Source: Promethearchaeia archaeon
GTDB taxonomy: Archaea; Asgardarchaeota; Lokiarchaeia; Sigyniarchaeales; SOKP01
Direction: 5' to 3'
Assembly: GCA_029856125.1 (NCBI GenBank)
Contig: JAHQWJ010000134.1
Coordinates: forward strand, 21,783 to 85,782
DNA: 64,000 nt
The position numbers and the translations under genes are program-made. Shown piece after piece: positions 50,301 through 59,443 of this stretch. Each line of letters opens with the position of its first letter. The stretch's first letter is position 1. The notes below the pieces were generated by a model, which worked only from the letters and a program-made list of their open reading frames with translations, ran no database searches and was not told the origin of the DNA.

Positions 50301-50718
50301 GTATATTAACAGCACACTTAATAATTTGAGCAAAGATAAAAAGGATGAGAGGCTCGAAGCAGATTCGATTATTAAATTGATGATCGGTTTACAAAATTGG
50401 TCTAATTTAGTTATAAATGGTAAAAAAGATTTGTACTCCGTTTTCCAACTGTTTTTTAGCGATCCCGAAGTACAGTTATATTTAAAAGTTAATCGGTATC
50501 AACAGTTACTTTGGTACACCGAGGAATTATTTGATAATTTTATTAAATGGATGTGGCTAATTGCTATTATTGAATTACTTGCTAAGCCTATAGGAGACAC
50601 AAATGAGGAATTAAAGAAGTTATTAGATTATTATTTAATAATTAAAAAAGTTTCAAAAACTACAAACTTTCAGGTTACTAGATTATTAGACGATTTGCTT
50701 AATTATCCTCAAACCTAA
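47305..50718 (+). CDS. Large GH13 alpha-amylase family protein with long N- and C-terminal helical extensions
   Basis: CDVVPNH, IRFDAA, LLAEAFW and MNNPDE motifs; shares LWLxGxWERS and PWxDTxQ with 7513..9003. Confidence 0.88.
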   Translation: MKISRDARNKYEFAEFKFSEKGNIEFNGNIHLVRMFVQKLNQKRDLINYPEIAIRIGEFNGMALMYDINKFLFNLYKEETQNSRLNNELYEFLENKIGSSKLEEAIYSLIEEFPPDIVYQEEEKIDVFLKDEVGGVENEIHFVDEFVNLWLGNMNPSYSPFIELFDDESLEKQTEYREIINEISTFFEEKAKFGPNNQNLIEMLKEPAEKYPHSIREQLMYIHDNWGSLLGKYTFQILVALDIIREEEMLRGLGPGKSEAYEYDSMEIENYTIDKEWMPKVIMIAKNIYVWMDQLSKKYNRTITKLHDIPNEELNQLKEWGFTGLWLIGLWERSQASKTIKRWCGNPEAEASAYSTYDYVIAHDLGGYDSYDNLKNRAIERGIRLACDVVPNHTGIVSKWVLEHPDWYISLPYSPFPSYSFSGENLSGDPNIGIYLEDKYFTRTDAAVTFKHENFRTGEIKYVYHGNDGTSFPWNDTAQLDFLNPEVREAVIQTILHISKMFPIIRFDAAMTLTRKHYQRLWFPEPGTGGAIPSRAEHGISKDEFYKAMPSEFWREVVDRINKENPDTLLLAEAFWLLEGFFVRTLGMHRVYNSAFMNMLRDEDNAMYRLVLKNTLQFDPEILKRFVNFMNNPDEETAIKQFGDGDKYFGVCVMLVTMPGLPMFGHGQIEGYHEKYGMEYRRAYWDEEINLGLLEHHKEILFPIMKKRYLYANANNFLLYDFWTGNVVNEDVFAYSNRVNNECALIIFHNKYAEVSGFIKNSVGFAQKVDDNKEIIQRTLAEGLKLPIEGYCIFKDHLTGLEYIRQNKELHDYGLYIELHAYQKFLFMDFQITNDNEFFHYAQLHDLLNGKGVPNIRETLHELVYQPLHESFKILINTSSLKDLLNPKKVKKEAEVIYNNLDAFLLEVKKYSTSQKDYTDIKNDIVLKIEAILKVKHNTGVLRIPEEYRDVFISLLPLSEVEWGIIFSYLIVQQLGRFESNDNYALLSRSLFDEWRLSKYINSTLNNLSKDKKDERLEADSIIKLMIGLQNWSNLVINGKKDLYSVFQLFFSDPEVQLYLKVNRYQQLLWYTEELFDNFIKWMWLIAIIELLAKPIGDTNEELKKLLDYYLIIKKVSKTTNFQVTRLLDDLLNYPQT

Positions 50719-50734
50719 GAACATTTGTTAGAGC

Positions 50735-51883
50735 TTAGATATCAGTACCTAGATCAAGAGTTTTATCTCTTATCTGGGTGTCATTACTAATTCGACTATT
50801 TGGTGCTACTATAGCATTATGTAAAACTACATTATCACCTATGTAGCAATTATTACATACAATGGACTCGTCTATTCGGCACCCTGCACCAATAGTTACA
50901 TCGTCCCATATTACGCTTTTCTCAATAATTGTATCTTCTCCAACTTTTACCCGATTTCCTATTGAAGTTAAAGGCTTAATTACTGATCTATTAAGTAACT
51001 CTACGTTTTCACCAAAACACGAAGGTTTTTCGATCGTTGTATTTTGCCCAGAATTAATTATTCCCATTACAAAAACTCCATCGTATTCATCACCATTTGG
51101 GGTAATTGGCCAGGAATACTTCCTTAATAAATCCCAATTTGCCCATAAATATGTTTGAGCGTTTCCGCAATCAAGCCAATAATAATTTTGTACAAAACCA
51201 TAGAGGTCATAATCATTTTCAAGGAGATATGGAAATACTTCTCCTCCAAAATCCATCAAATCTGTTTCTTGAAGTATTTGATCAATTTCCTTTCTGAAAC
51301 AATAGATTCCCGTATTTATTATATTTGTATGGAGGAACAAATCCGTTCTTTGAGCCATGCTGCTTAAATATAACTCCATAGGAGCAGGTTTCTCTAAAAA
51401 TAAGTAAATTTTACGATTGTTGTCTAAAAGAACTACCCCATATTGACTTGTGTGGCTTTCGCTGGTTTTCATCGAAATTGTCGTCAATCCACCTTTCTCG
51501 GTGTGAAAGTCCATAAAATTAGCCATGGGAAGGTTAGTCACAATGTCAGCCATGCTAACAACAATATTCTCAGAATCGATTCTTTCTCTGATTAAGCGGT
51601 AAGCGTCAGCAGTACCCTTACTTTCTTGAATAACGCATTCTAACTCAACATCCCCTAATTTATCTGCCGTCCAAGTTTTTTCTATATAACTTTTTAATTC
51701 TTTACCCATATACGCTAACGCGAGTATAATATGCTTTATATTAGCATACTTCAGATGGGCAATAGAATAATCTACCATAGCTTTGTTTGTTACCTTTACT
51801 AACGGTTTAGGAATTAAAGATGTTAGAGGTAAAAGCCTTTTACCTTGACCTCCAGCTAGAACTATGGCAGACCAATCTCTCAA
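50735..51883 (-). CDS. NDP-sugar pyrophosphorylase (mannose-1-phosphate guanylyltransferase / GlgC-like) with a C-terminal beta-helix
   Basis: LAGGQGKRLLPLT..PKPL, GTAD, YGVV, FLEKP, DFG and YWLDCG motifs plus hexapeptide repeats. Confidence 0.9.
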   Translation of the reverse strand: MRDWSAIVLAGGQGKRLLPLTSLIPKPLVKVTNKAMVDYSIAHLKYANIKHIILALAYMGKELKSYIEKTWTADKLGDVELECVIQESKGTADAYRLIRERIDSENIVVSMADIVTNLPMANFMDFHTEKGGLTTISMKTSESHTSQYGVVLLDNNRKIYLFLEKPAPMELYLSSMAQRTDLFLHTNIINTGIYCFRKEIDQILQETDLMDFGGEVFPYLLENDYDLYGFVQNYYWLDCGNAQTYLWANWDLLRKYSWPITPNGDEYDGVFVMGIINSGQNTTIEKPSCFGENVELLNRSVIKPLTSIGNRVKVGEDTIIEKSVIWDDVTIGAGCRIDESIVCNNCYIGDNVVLHNAIVAPNSRISNDTQIRDKTLDLGTDI

Positions 51884-51953
51884 CTCAATCTTCTCAAAAA
51901 AGTTTTCATTATTTATATGGTGAATAATAGATATAAATCTATTTCCACTCTCA

Positions 51954-53186
51954 CTAATTAATATATTTTTGAATCGAATTCCTTATCTCTTTTGCGGCGA
52001 TATGGGGTAATTTTCTTGCAACTCTCATGTCATCTACCATTTCAGCGCCCCCAATGATTTCATGCGGGATGATATCTCCAAAAAGATGGAAATTTGCGTC
52101 GTAGTGAAAGGGACAACAGTTAAATAGAATATTTCGGTTTTTGTCGATTGAAATATCATCTAAACCTTGGAAGATGATCCTAAGGATATTTGCTAAATCA
52201 CTTATCTGGTTGACTTTTAATTGAGAAAACCTCCGTAAGTGTTCATTTGGATGAAATCGAATGTGGTAGTTCCTCACTGGACTTCCTGTTGTGTAAAAAG
52301 TCCAATATTCTGTTTTTAATATTACGCGATCGCTATCTCCGTGAGAAGTCTGACAAAGATGACAATTATCCCCCATCTCTTTAAATGCTTCAAGATGGCC
52401 TTCTAATCGGCTTCCGTGACCATCCATGTTCAAATCGATATAGACTTGACCGTGTATGCGAGGTTGGGAACCACCAACTTTAAGGCCTATGTTGAAAAAG
52501 GGTGTTACTGGAATATCGTAATAATCTCTTTCAATCGCTTCTTCCACACAATAAAGAATTGCTGCTTTCATTGAAAGAAAAATTCCTGCTAATACATCTT
52601 CAGGTATTAAATCAAAGCATAAGGAAGGGTAGAAATCTCTAGAAATCGTAACTAAATTTATTCCCCTCGAGAGTTTCAAATGTAAAGGCAATTTATCTGT
52701 GATTAATTTTTCAATATCAGGATCAACAATCCGAGCCATAGACGGATATCTGTTAATTAATGTTAAAGCTTTACAATCCTCTGGTGTTCTCTTGGCTTGA
52801 TGGGGCATTTCTAAAAATGGATTGTCTTTTCTCTTCTCATCTTCAGTAATAATAATCGTAAAACCATCACCTAACTGTTTACCCCAGTCATCATGAATTG
52901 GCTTTCCTTCTATAATCGATGTAAAGATATCTTTATACGTGAACGCAAGTTTCTTTGAGCAATCGTAAAATTGTCTTTTTTCTTCAATGTTTGTAAAACC
53001 CTTTGGTCTTTCCCCACGAATGGGGCTTAAATAAGCGTAATGACCATAGAATTTAATTTTCTCTTTTCTAAGACCAAAATCTTCAGTTCTTATAGTCACA
53101 GTTGATAAAGGATCCCATCTTTTAATTGGGACATCGTAAGTTGTTTTTCCAACAAAATTTTCAGTTGAAATGATACCCCACTCCAT
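51954..53186 (-). CDS. GalT/HIT superfamily nucleotidyltransferase (galactose-1-phosphate uridylyltransferase-like); may start at ATT 53216
   Basis: RGERP, NRYP, GGSQPRIHGQ (HxHxQ variant) and CHLC motifs. Confidence 0.7.
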   Translation of the reverse strand: MEWGIISTENFVGKTTYDVPIKRWDPLSTVTIRTEDFGLRKEKIKFYGHYAYLSPIRGERPKGFTNIEEKRQFYDCSKKLAFTYKDIFTSIIEGKPIHDDWGKQLGDGFTIIITEDEKRKDNPFLEMPHQAKRTPEDCKALTLINRYPSMARIVDPDIEKLITDKLPLHLKLSRGINLVTISRDFYPSLCFDLIPEDVLAGIFLSMKAAILYCVEEAIERDYYDIPVTPFFNIGLKVGGSQPRIHGQVYIDLNMDGHGSRLEGHLEAFKEMGDNCHLCQTSHGDSDRVILKTEYWTFYTTGSPVRNYHIRFHPNEHLRRFSQLKVNQISDLANILRIIFQGLDDISIDKNRNILFNCCPFHYDANFHLFGDIIPHEIIGGAEMVDDMRVARKLPHIAAKEIRNSIQKYIN

Positions 53187-53542
53187 AAAATCGGGAAATA
53201 TTCTTTTGCTCGAAATATTATTACACCCTTTACTATTTATAATATCATAATTAGAATTTACTTATCTTAAATATTTAACTTAAAGACAGTTAAAGAATGA
53301 TTATTTCTATAATTGAAATTATCAAATTCGTATTACTTAGAAAATCTTCTAGTTAAATTGAAAATTTTTGTTAGTATAACATAAAAAAACAGATTTTTGT
53401 TCATTTATACAAAAATGTAGTGCTTACAATACCATTAATTTACCCATAGTTCTAATAAAATAAAAAAAAGATGAATATCTTCAAACCAAAATTTGTTATT
53501 ATTTATGAGAAAATCCGTACTTCAATAAATGTTTTTAGCTTT

Positions 53543-53833
53543 TTAGTGTTCCAACCTCTTTAAAATTTTATAAGTTCTAAATTCTCGCACCGGTTCAGAT
53601 CTTTCATTTACAGTTTCTACTGGTACTCTTACAAAATTTTTATCGTCAAAATCTTCAATTTCTACTTCATTATATTTTGCCATATTATTAGCAAGCTTAA
53701 GTTCTTTTATTAGGAACTCTCTAACAGCACATCTTATCAATTCTGATCGACTGGGGTACAACCCGTCTCGCCCAATTAATTTTTTTATTGCCTCTATATA
53801 ACTTTCAGGTACATTGACTGTAACAATTTTCAT
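53543..53833 (-). CDS. Ribbon-helix-helix (CopG/Arc/MetJ) transcriptional regulator
   Basis: MKIVTVNVP beta-ribbon and GLYPSRSELIRCAVREFL. Confidence 0.88.
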   Translation of the reverse strand: MKIVTVNVPESYIEAIKKLIGRDGLYPSRSELIRCAVREFLIKELKLANNMAKYNEVEIEDFDDKNFVRVPVETVNERSEPVREFRTYKILKRLEH

Positions 53834-54383
53834 AAAATCGCCTTAACCATATTTTTTTCTGATTATTCGTTATATAATAATTTATTACAAAATACTATAT
53901 AAATATTTTTTTTTAGTGGGTTAATATATTTTTATAAAATCCATTTTGCCAAATCTATAATTTGAGGTATATTTTACTCCATTAATTCATTCTGGTTCTA
54001 AACTTTCCGCTAAAGTTAAAGATTATCATTTTAAAGTAATATATGAAAATATTTTTGAAAATTTTTTATGGTATCTGAATTTTTTTTATTTTTTTTTTAA
54101 TTATTATAGTACAATTAATGTCCAACTTTTAAATCCGTAAAAAAATTTATATATCCTCTTTTTCGCGAGAAAATGCGGAAATTAGCAGAGCTTAAATTAA
54201 TATAGTTCTTATTACAAATGAGGCGTTCATGTGCATAATTTTTTATAAGTAATTGCTCATGGTTAATTATTCTATCCTAATATCTCTCTTGTTCTCTAAA
54301 GCTTCGAAGCATTATAGGTCTATTGTTTTTTCATAGGATTAAAGAATATTTTAACTCCTTTTGACATATGTTTAATTAACATT

Positions 54384-55409
54384 TTAATACTCTTCTTTCA
54401 GATCAATAACATTAATTAAATCACTTCGACCTTGACTTATCCGATTAATATTTTCAATAACTTCATCCCATCGTAAGAGATCGCTAAAAGGCGAATAGCC
54501 CCTATGCGGAGATAGAACAATATTATCGAGATTATGAAAAGGAAATTCGTACGGATATTTTAAACCTCCTTTGTTAGCTTTTGGGTGATAATTGTACCAA
54601 ACATCTATAGCGGCCCCCAAAATTGACTCATTTTTTAAGGCGTTGTATAAATCTTTTTGATTTATTATATCTCCTCTTGCAACATTGATAATCAGTCCTT
54701 TAGGACCTAAAAGTTTAAGCTCTCTTGCTTTAATCAATCCCGAAGTCTGTGAAGTATGTGGGATAGCTATTATTAAAACATCTACTTCTTTTAAAAAATT
54801 ATCTATCTCAGTAATACCATATTTCTTAGCTTCTGTCGGTAATTTATCTTTTTGTTTATTCCAATTTTTTCTTAGAATATGAAATTTTATGTCAAAACCA
54901 GCAAGAAATTGATGAACTTTTTTGTTAATCGCACCATAACCTAACAACCCAACTTCACGAAAACGCAGTGGAATCGAAGAAGCATCCCTATCACCAGTCC
55001 TCCATTTCCCTTCTTTCATCCAGATGTGATGTGGTATAGTTTTATTGGTAAGTGTTAGGAGTAATGCTGCAGCATGTTGAGCAACAAAATAGGAATTTCC
55101 ATGACCGTTGATTAGGATAACTTTTCTAAATCTATTTAATTCAATAAATAAATCTAGTAAGTGTTTAACACCTGCTCCTGGATTAATAAATACCTTCAAT
55201 TTTTTCCCGGACTCTAATAAAATTTTTGACGGTCTCCATCCGATTAGAACATCTACATCCGAAACTATGTTTTTTAGATAGTCATCCGATGTATCTTCTG
55301 GAAACATAAGTTTTACGTTTGAAAGGGGCTTTAAACGTTCTTTCAAATGATTTTGGACCTCAATAGAAACTTTGGAGCTAAAACAGACATTAATTTTCTT
55401 ACCATTCAC
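54384..55409 (-). CDS. D-isomer-specific 2-hydroxyacid dehydrogenase
   Basis: PGAG, LGYGAI, PHTSQT, INVARG, AIDVW and SPH motifs. Confidence 0.9.
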   Translation of the reverse strand: MNGKKINVCFSSKVSIEVQNHLKERLKPLSNVKLMFPEDTSDDYLKNIVSDVDVLIGWRPSKILLESGKKLKVFINPGAGVKHLLDLFIELNRFRKVILINGHGNSYFVAQHAAALLLTLTNKTIPHHIWMKEGKWRTGDRDASSIPLRFREVGLLGYGAINKKVHQFLAGFDIKFHILRKNWNKQKDKLPTEAKKYGITEIDNFLKEVDVLIIAIPHTSQTSGLIKARELKLLGPKGLIINVARGDIINQKDLYNALKNESILGAAIDVWYNYHPKANKGGLKYPYEFPFHNLDNIVLSPHRGYSPFSDLLRWDEVIENINRISQGRSDLINVIDLKEEY

Positions 55410-55545
55410 TTTCTCATTCCATCTCTTTTAAAAATATTATACGTCAATCTCTAATAGTGAATTGATTGTGTTTTAAATAAATTTTTATATTCAAATCGTT
55501 CCTATAATTATAGGATTATTAAATCTAAATAGGAAGGTTTTAAAA

Positions 55546-56973
55546 TTGTCTGAAGCAAAATTGTTTGAAATCTTTATAAACAGTCTGGATTTTGATGTAA
55601 GTAATTATTTAGTAGAAGAACTTACAGAATTACAAAGTGACATCGTAAACGATGCTACCTCCATTTTAAAAGATAATATCGTAGGAGACGTAAAGTCCTA
55701 TGGGGGATCTGTTAAAAAAAATGAAGAAAAGTTCAAAGAGTTTATGAAAAAGGCTGAGGCTGAATTAGAAAAAGACAAATATAAAGAAATTAAAAAAAAA
55801 CTTAAAGAATATCTTAAAAAATTATCAGAATTAATTATTAAGACTTGTGTTGCCATAATTCCTGTAAAAGAACTTCCTTGGGCTGAAGTCATTTTTCGTA
55901 CTATTCCTCGTATATCGTATTATGACAAAGTTCAACTAATGGATAGTGCTATTGCCTATTACGGGGAAGTAAAATGTTTTGTTGGCAGAACAACCGTATA
56001 TGGGAAAATTAAAGGTCAAGAACCTTTGTTCGCACCTTTTACGGGAAATGTTGATCTAGGGGGATATAAACTTGAGGAATCCCAGAAAGAACCTAAATCT
56101 CACATTTTTCCCTATGTGAGTGCTATAATTAATTCACTAGATTCTACGATTACTAAAAATCAATTATCGAAATATCACGAAGAATTTCAAAGACACGGCG
56201 ACCCAATTTGTGATTTCTTGATGAAGGATTCTGATTTAAACGACTCCATGGGAAATATTACGACTGCTATAGAATCTGAGAGGAGTAAATCAGATGTTGC
56301 TGTTTGTAGTATTATAGTTCCTCTTCCTTCCGAAAAAAAAAGTCTCGTTCTTATTTCTGATGAAGGTCAAGGACAGTCCCGGTTTGGAAATTGTTTTGAA
56401 GCTTTATTAAAATTGTCTGCTGTATCTTGTCAGATTCCTTCACCAGCGCCACAACAGCCTATCTCCGGGGGACAGGTATCTGGACCTCCAAGTGGAGGGG
56501 TTAGAACGCCAGGGGGTCAAGAATTAAAAAGTTGGACTGCTGAAGAGCTCGCCAGCGAAGCTCAAAAAAGGTTAGCTACACAACCAAATCTTCCAACTTG
56601 GAAGGAAGAAGACTTGCATAAATTAGCTGAAGAGCGCGGTTCGGGAATCCCTGAGGGGATGGAAGTATGGAAAGAAGAGGACTTGCAAGATTTAGCGGAA
56701 AAAAGAAGAAGAGGGGGGCTAAATATTCCTGAGTGGAAACCCGATCAAGATATGGTAGAATGTGCTAGTTGTGGATATAGTTTAAGACCGGGATGGAAAA
56801 AATGCCCCGTCTGTGATACTCCCGTTGGAGAATCTCCTGATAAAGGAACAGATAAACCTATAGAACCTACTAATGATAATAGGGCAGACAAACCTATAGA
56901 ATCTTCTAATGAAGTTCAAAATGACGATCCAGAACAAGAAGCTGATTCTTCTGAAGAAAATTCCGATCCTTAA
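55546..56973 (+). CDS. Hypothetical protein with ~22-aa Trp-anchored repeats, a zinc ribbon and an acidic tail
   Basis: WTAEEL / WKEEDL / WKEEDL / WKPD repeats, followed by CASCG..CPVC. Confidence 0.75.
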   Translation: MSEAKLFEIFINSLDFDVSNYLVEELTELQSDIVNDATSILKDNIVGDVKSYGGSVKKNEEKFKEFMKKAEAELEKDKYKEIKKKLKEYLKKLSELIIKTCVAIIPVKELPWAEVIFRTIPRISYYDKVQLMDSAIAYYGEVKCFVGRTTVYGKIKGQEPLFAPFTGNVDLGGYKLEESQKEPKSHIFPYVSAIINSLDSTITKNQLSKYHEEFQRHGDPICDFLMKDSDLNDSMGNITTAIESERSKSDVAVCSIIVPLPSEKKSLVLISDEGQGQSRFGNCFEALLKLSAVSCQIPSPAPQQPISGGQVSGPPSGGVRTPGGQELKSWTAEELASEAQKRLATQPNLPTWKEEDLHKLAEERGSGIPEGMEVWKEEDLQDLAEKRRRGGLNIPEWKPDQDMVECASCGYSLRPGWKKCPVCDTPVGESPDKGTDKPIEPTNDNRADKPIESSNEVQNDDPEQEADSSEENSDP

Positions 56974-57138
56974 AAATTTATTTTATAAAGCTTTTTTTGC
57001 GCTAGCTAAGCTTTTCCTTTTTGCTTATTAAGGGGTCAATAGTATGAAGTTTATAAGAAAGAACATCTGTTAATACAAAACTTTTTTTAAGCATTTTTTA
57101 TTTACTTCCTTAAGGGAATAATTGATTAGGAAACTTCT

Positions 57139-58161
57139 TTGTTATCTAAAATATTTTTGTTAAAGCGCAAAAATCATCTTGATTTAGACAGTCTTGATAT
57201 TTATAGCTATCCCGAAGACATACACAAAAAGGATAATAAAGAAATAGTGTTACAAATCATCCAAGGACACGAACAGGAATCCTTAAAAGATAATAAATCA
57301 GAAAGTAGAGAACATTCTACGCAGAACACTTCTATTCCGTTTGTAATTGGTAATCCCGTTTCTCAATTGATTGGAAACCAAAACCTTTATACTATATGCA
57401 TTAATGCTGAAATGCTTATCGGATTAGTATTTGAAAAAGAAGATAATCCTTACGATTATCGAGAAATTTTTGTTGATATGTCTAACGAATTGTTAAATAT
57501 TGAAAGATGCTGCTCTTTTAAAGACGATATCGAAATAGAAAACTTCTTAATAACCTTGTTTATTGATATAAAAAGATATGGGGATGAAACTCTTGAAAAA
57601 GCTCATGAAGTTTCCTTTCATCCCTCGGGATTGTTTACAAAGGTCTTTCTTTTTGGAATAGACGACGTTGGAAAAAGTTCCTTTACTAGGAGAATTAAAA
57701 CAGGTAAGTTTAACGACAATTTTTTTACGCCGAGCAAAAGATTTAACATTGAGTATATCCAGAGACAAGATGGGCTTCTCTCAATATGGGATAGTCCAGG
57801 GCAAAGCACTTTTAGGGAAAAATGGTTGTTAGGCCTTCAAGATTCAAACATAATTATTTTTATAATCGATGTTGCCAACCAATTACGCTTTGACGAATCA
57901 AAAACCGAGTTTTGGAAAATATATAACGAAAATGATCTAAAGGATACTCCTCTTTTAATTCTTGGGAATAAGATTGATTTAATTAATCATAACGATAGCA
58001 ATAATGATGCACAATTAAAAAGAACGGAAAAAGAAATCATAGACTTCTTTGAATTTGATAGTTTACAGCATAACAATTGGAAATTTGTTTTTACATCTGT
58101 TAAAACTAGCTATAATATTGAAAAAGTATTAGACACGATTTTTACATTGGTCTCAGCTTAG
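57139..58161 (+). CDS. Small GTPase (Arf/Ras-like) with an N-terminal longin-like domain
   Basis: G1 GIDDVGKSS, G3 WDSPGQ, G4 NKID, G5 TSVK; N-terminal IGLVFEKEDNPYDY region. Confidence 0.85.
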   Translation: MLSKIFLLKRKNHLDLDSLDIYSYPEDIHKKDNKEIVLQIIQGHEQESLKDNKSESREHSTQNTSIPFVIGNPVSQLIGNQNLYTICINAEMLIGLVFEKEDNPYDYREIFVDMSNELLNIERCCSFKDDIEIENFLITLFIDIKRYGDETLEKAHEVSFHPSGLFTKVFLFGIDDVGKSSFTRRIKTGKFNDNFFTPSKRFNIEYIQRQDGLLSIWDSPGQSTFREKWLLGLQDSNIIIFIIDVANQLRFDESKTEFWKIYNENDLKDTPLLILGNKIDLINHNDSNNDAQLKRTEKEIIDFFEFDSLQHNNWKFVFTSVKTSYNIEKVLDTIFTLVSA

Positions 58162-58286
58162 AAAATCTATACAAATTTTGATTTATCAATAAATTTATAA
58201 GCCTAGCCGATTAAATTTCTATTATATTAAATTTGTTTAATGATATTGCTCGTTGAGAGATATAACAATAATAAAAGGATTTAATT

Positions 58287-58883
58287 ATGTTTAAACGTCT
58301 CAAAAAAGAATTGCAGATAAATATTGAGGAAAAAGAAGGACAACTATTTTTAGGCGAAAAAGATAAAGATATGAGGATTGTAATGCTCCGTCCAAATGAG
58401 ATAATGGAATTTTGCGAATTTGCTGGAACAAACGCCGATGATATCTTGATATGGGTAGGGAAATCTCTGGGCAAAATATTTTTGGAGAAGTTTTTTACTA
58501 ACAAGGATTGGAGTAACGATCCTATGGAGACTAAAAAGGAAGTTGTCTTGGGAACTCTCGAGGTTTTAACGGTTATGGGATACGGGGGGCTTACGGGAAT
58601 GTTTAAAAAAGACCACATTATCATAGATGTATACGATTCTTTAGCAACCCAAGAAATAGGCAATATTTTGGCTAAAAACTTATGTTTATTATATCTTGGA
58701 ATTTTTAACAGTATATTTGATATGCTTGGGATTGATGTTGATGGAAGCGAAGAAGAATGCGTTTTAACAGGAGGCGAGAAATGTTCATACAAATTTGATC
58801 TCCTCTCAGGAGAAATTGATGATGCATTAATAGACCAACAGCTTTCTGACGCTGCTGTATCTGATTTCTTAGCTTCACTTTAA
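58287..58883 (+). CDS. V4R domain protein (Bet3/TRAPP-related superfamily)
   Basis: MGYG, LCLLYLGIF and EEECVLTGGEKCSYKF give the V4R Cys pattern. Confidence 0.85.
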   Translation: MFKRLKKELQINIEEKEGQLFLGEKDKDMRIVMLRPNEIMEFCEFAGTNADDILIWVGKSLGKIFLEKFFTNKDWSNDPMETKKEVVLGTLEVLTVMGYGGLTGMFKKDHIIIDVYDSLATQEIGNILAKNLCLLYLGIFNSIFDMLGIDVDGSEEECVLTGGEKCSYKFDLLSGEIDDALIDQQLSDAAVSDFLASL

Positions 58884-59075
58884 AAGGCTCATTGGATTGA
58901 TTTGGAGCGAAAATACAAGGGAGTAGACTTTCCAAACGATTTGGAAAAGTTCATTCGGGTCGAAGCTGATATTCCTATCAATCTAAAAACAGAAGTTCAA
59001 GAATACCTTAAGGAAAAAGATTGGCAGCCCAAAGAAATAATAGATCCTACCCTTTTAAAACGAATTTGTAGATAA
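58884..59075 (+). pseudogene. cdhA: Orphan 3' fragment of the CO dehydrogenase/acetyl-CoA synthase alpha subunit
   Basis: Frame beginning right after the V4R stop: KAHWIDLERKYKGVDFPNDLEKFIRVEADIPINLK...KEKDWQPKEIIDPTLLKRICR* resembles the archaeal CdhA C-terminus (HYIDL..KY...PDD...FVR.EADLP...PT.L.R). Confidence 0.7.
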
Positions 59076-59184
59076 TTTTGATATTTTTTTTCTTCCTTTA
59101 AAATTAATAAACTTTTAAAAATATAAAATTCAGGTTAATAATCACTTTTTTTTGATTTGCACAATTAACTATAAAGACAATATT

Positions 59185-59394
59185 ATGGTAGATAAACAAA
59201 TATTAAAACTTTCCAAATTATGCGAACATTGGGCGAATCATAACGATTCTCATAAAGATAGTTTTATAAAATGGAGAGAAATAGCAAGAGAGAAAAATTT
59301 ACTTACTGTAGTAGAAAAATTAGATAAAGCGATCGAGATGATGGATAAAAGTACCGAATTTTTACTTTCAGCAAGAAAGAATCTTGAAATGTAA
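59185..59394 (+). CDS. Small helical His-containing protein, possibly a nickel/CODH accessory factor
   Basis: KLCEHWANHNDSH...W motif of small proteins found near CODH/nickel genes; follows the cdhA remnant. Confidence 0.65.
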   Translation: MVDKQILKLSKLCEHWANHNDSHKDSFIKWREIAREKNLLTVVEKLDKAIEMMDKSTEFLLSARKNLEM

Positions 59395-59443
59395 GTAGAA
59401 ATGTTAGAACTTAAGGTACATGTATTTTAAAGGAACAAATTTA

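Noticed and set aside
53840-54380. 540-bp intergenic region with a few GC-richer short palindromes (TCGCGA, GCTTCGAAGC)
   Set aside because: No tRNA cloverleaf or extended stem is visible, so there is not enough to call an ncRNA without an Rfam search.
58881-58883. Stop-codon readthrough fusing V4R to the in-frame CdhA-like tail
   Set aside because: The stop is TAA, which ends many genes here. An in-frame junction has a 1-in-3 chance, and a deletion scar is simpler.
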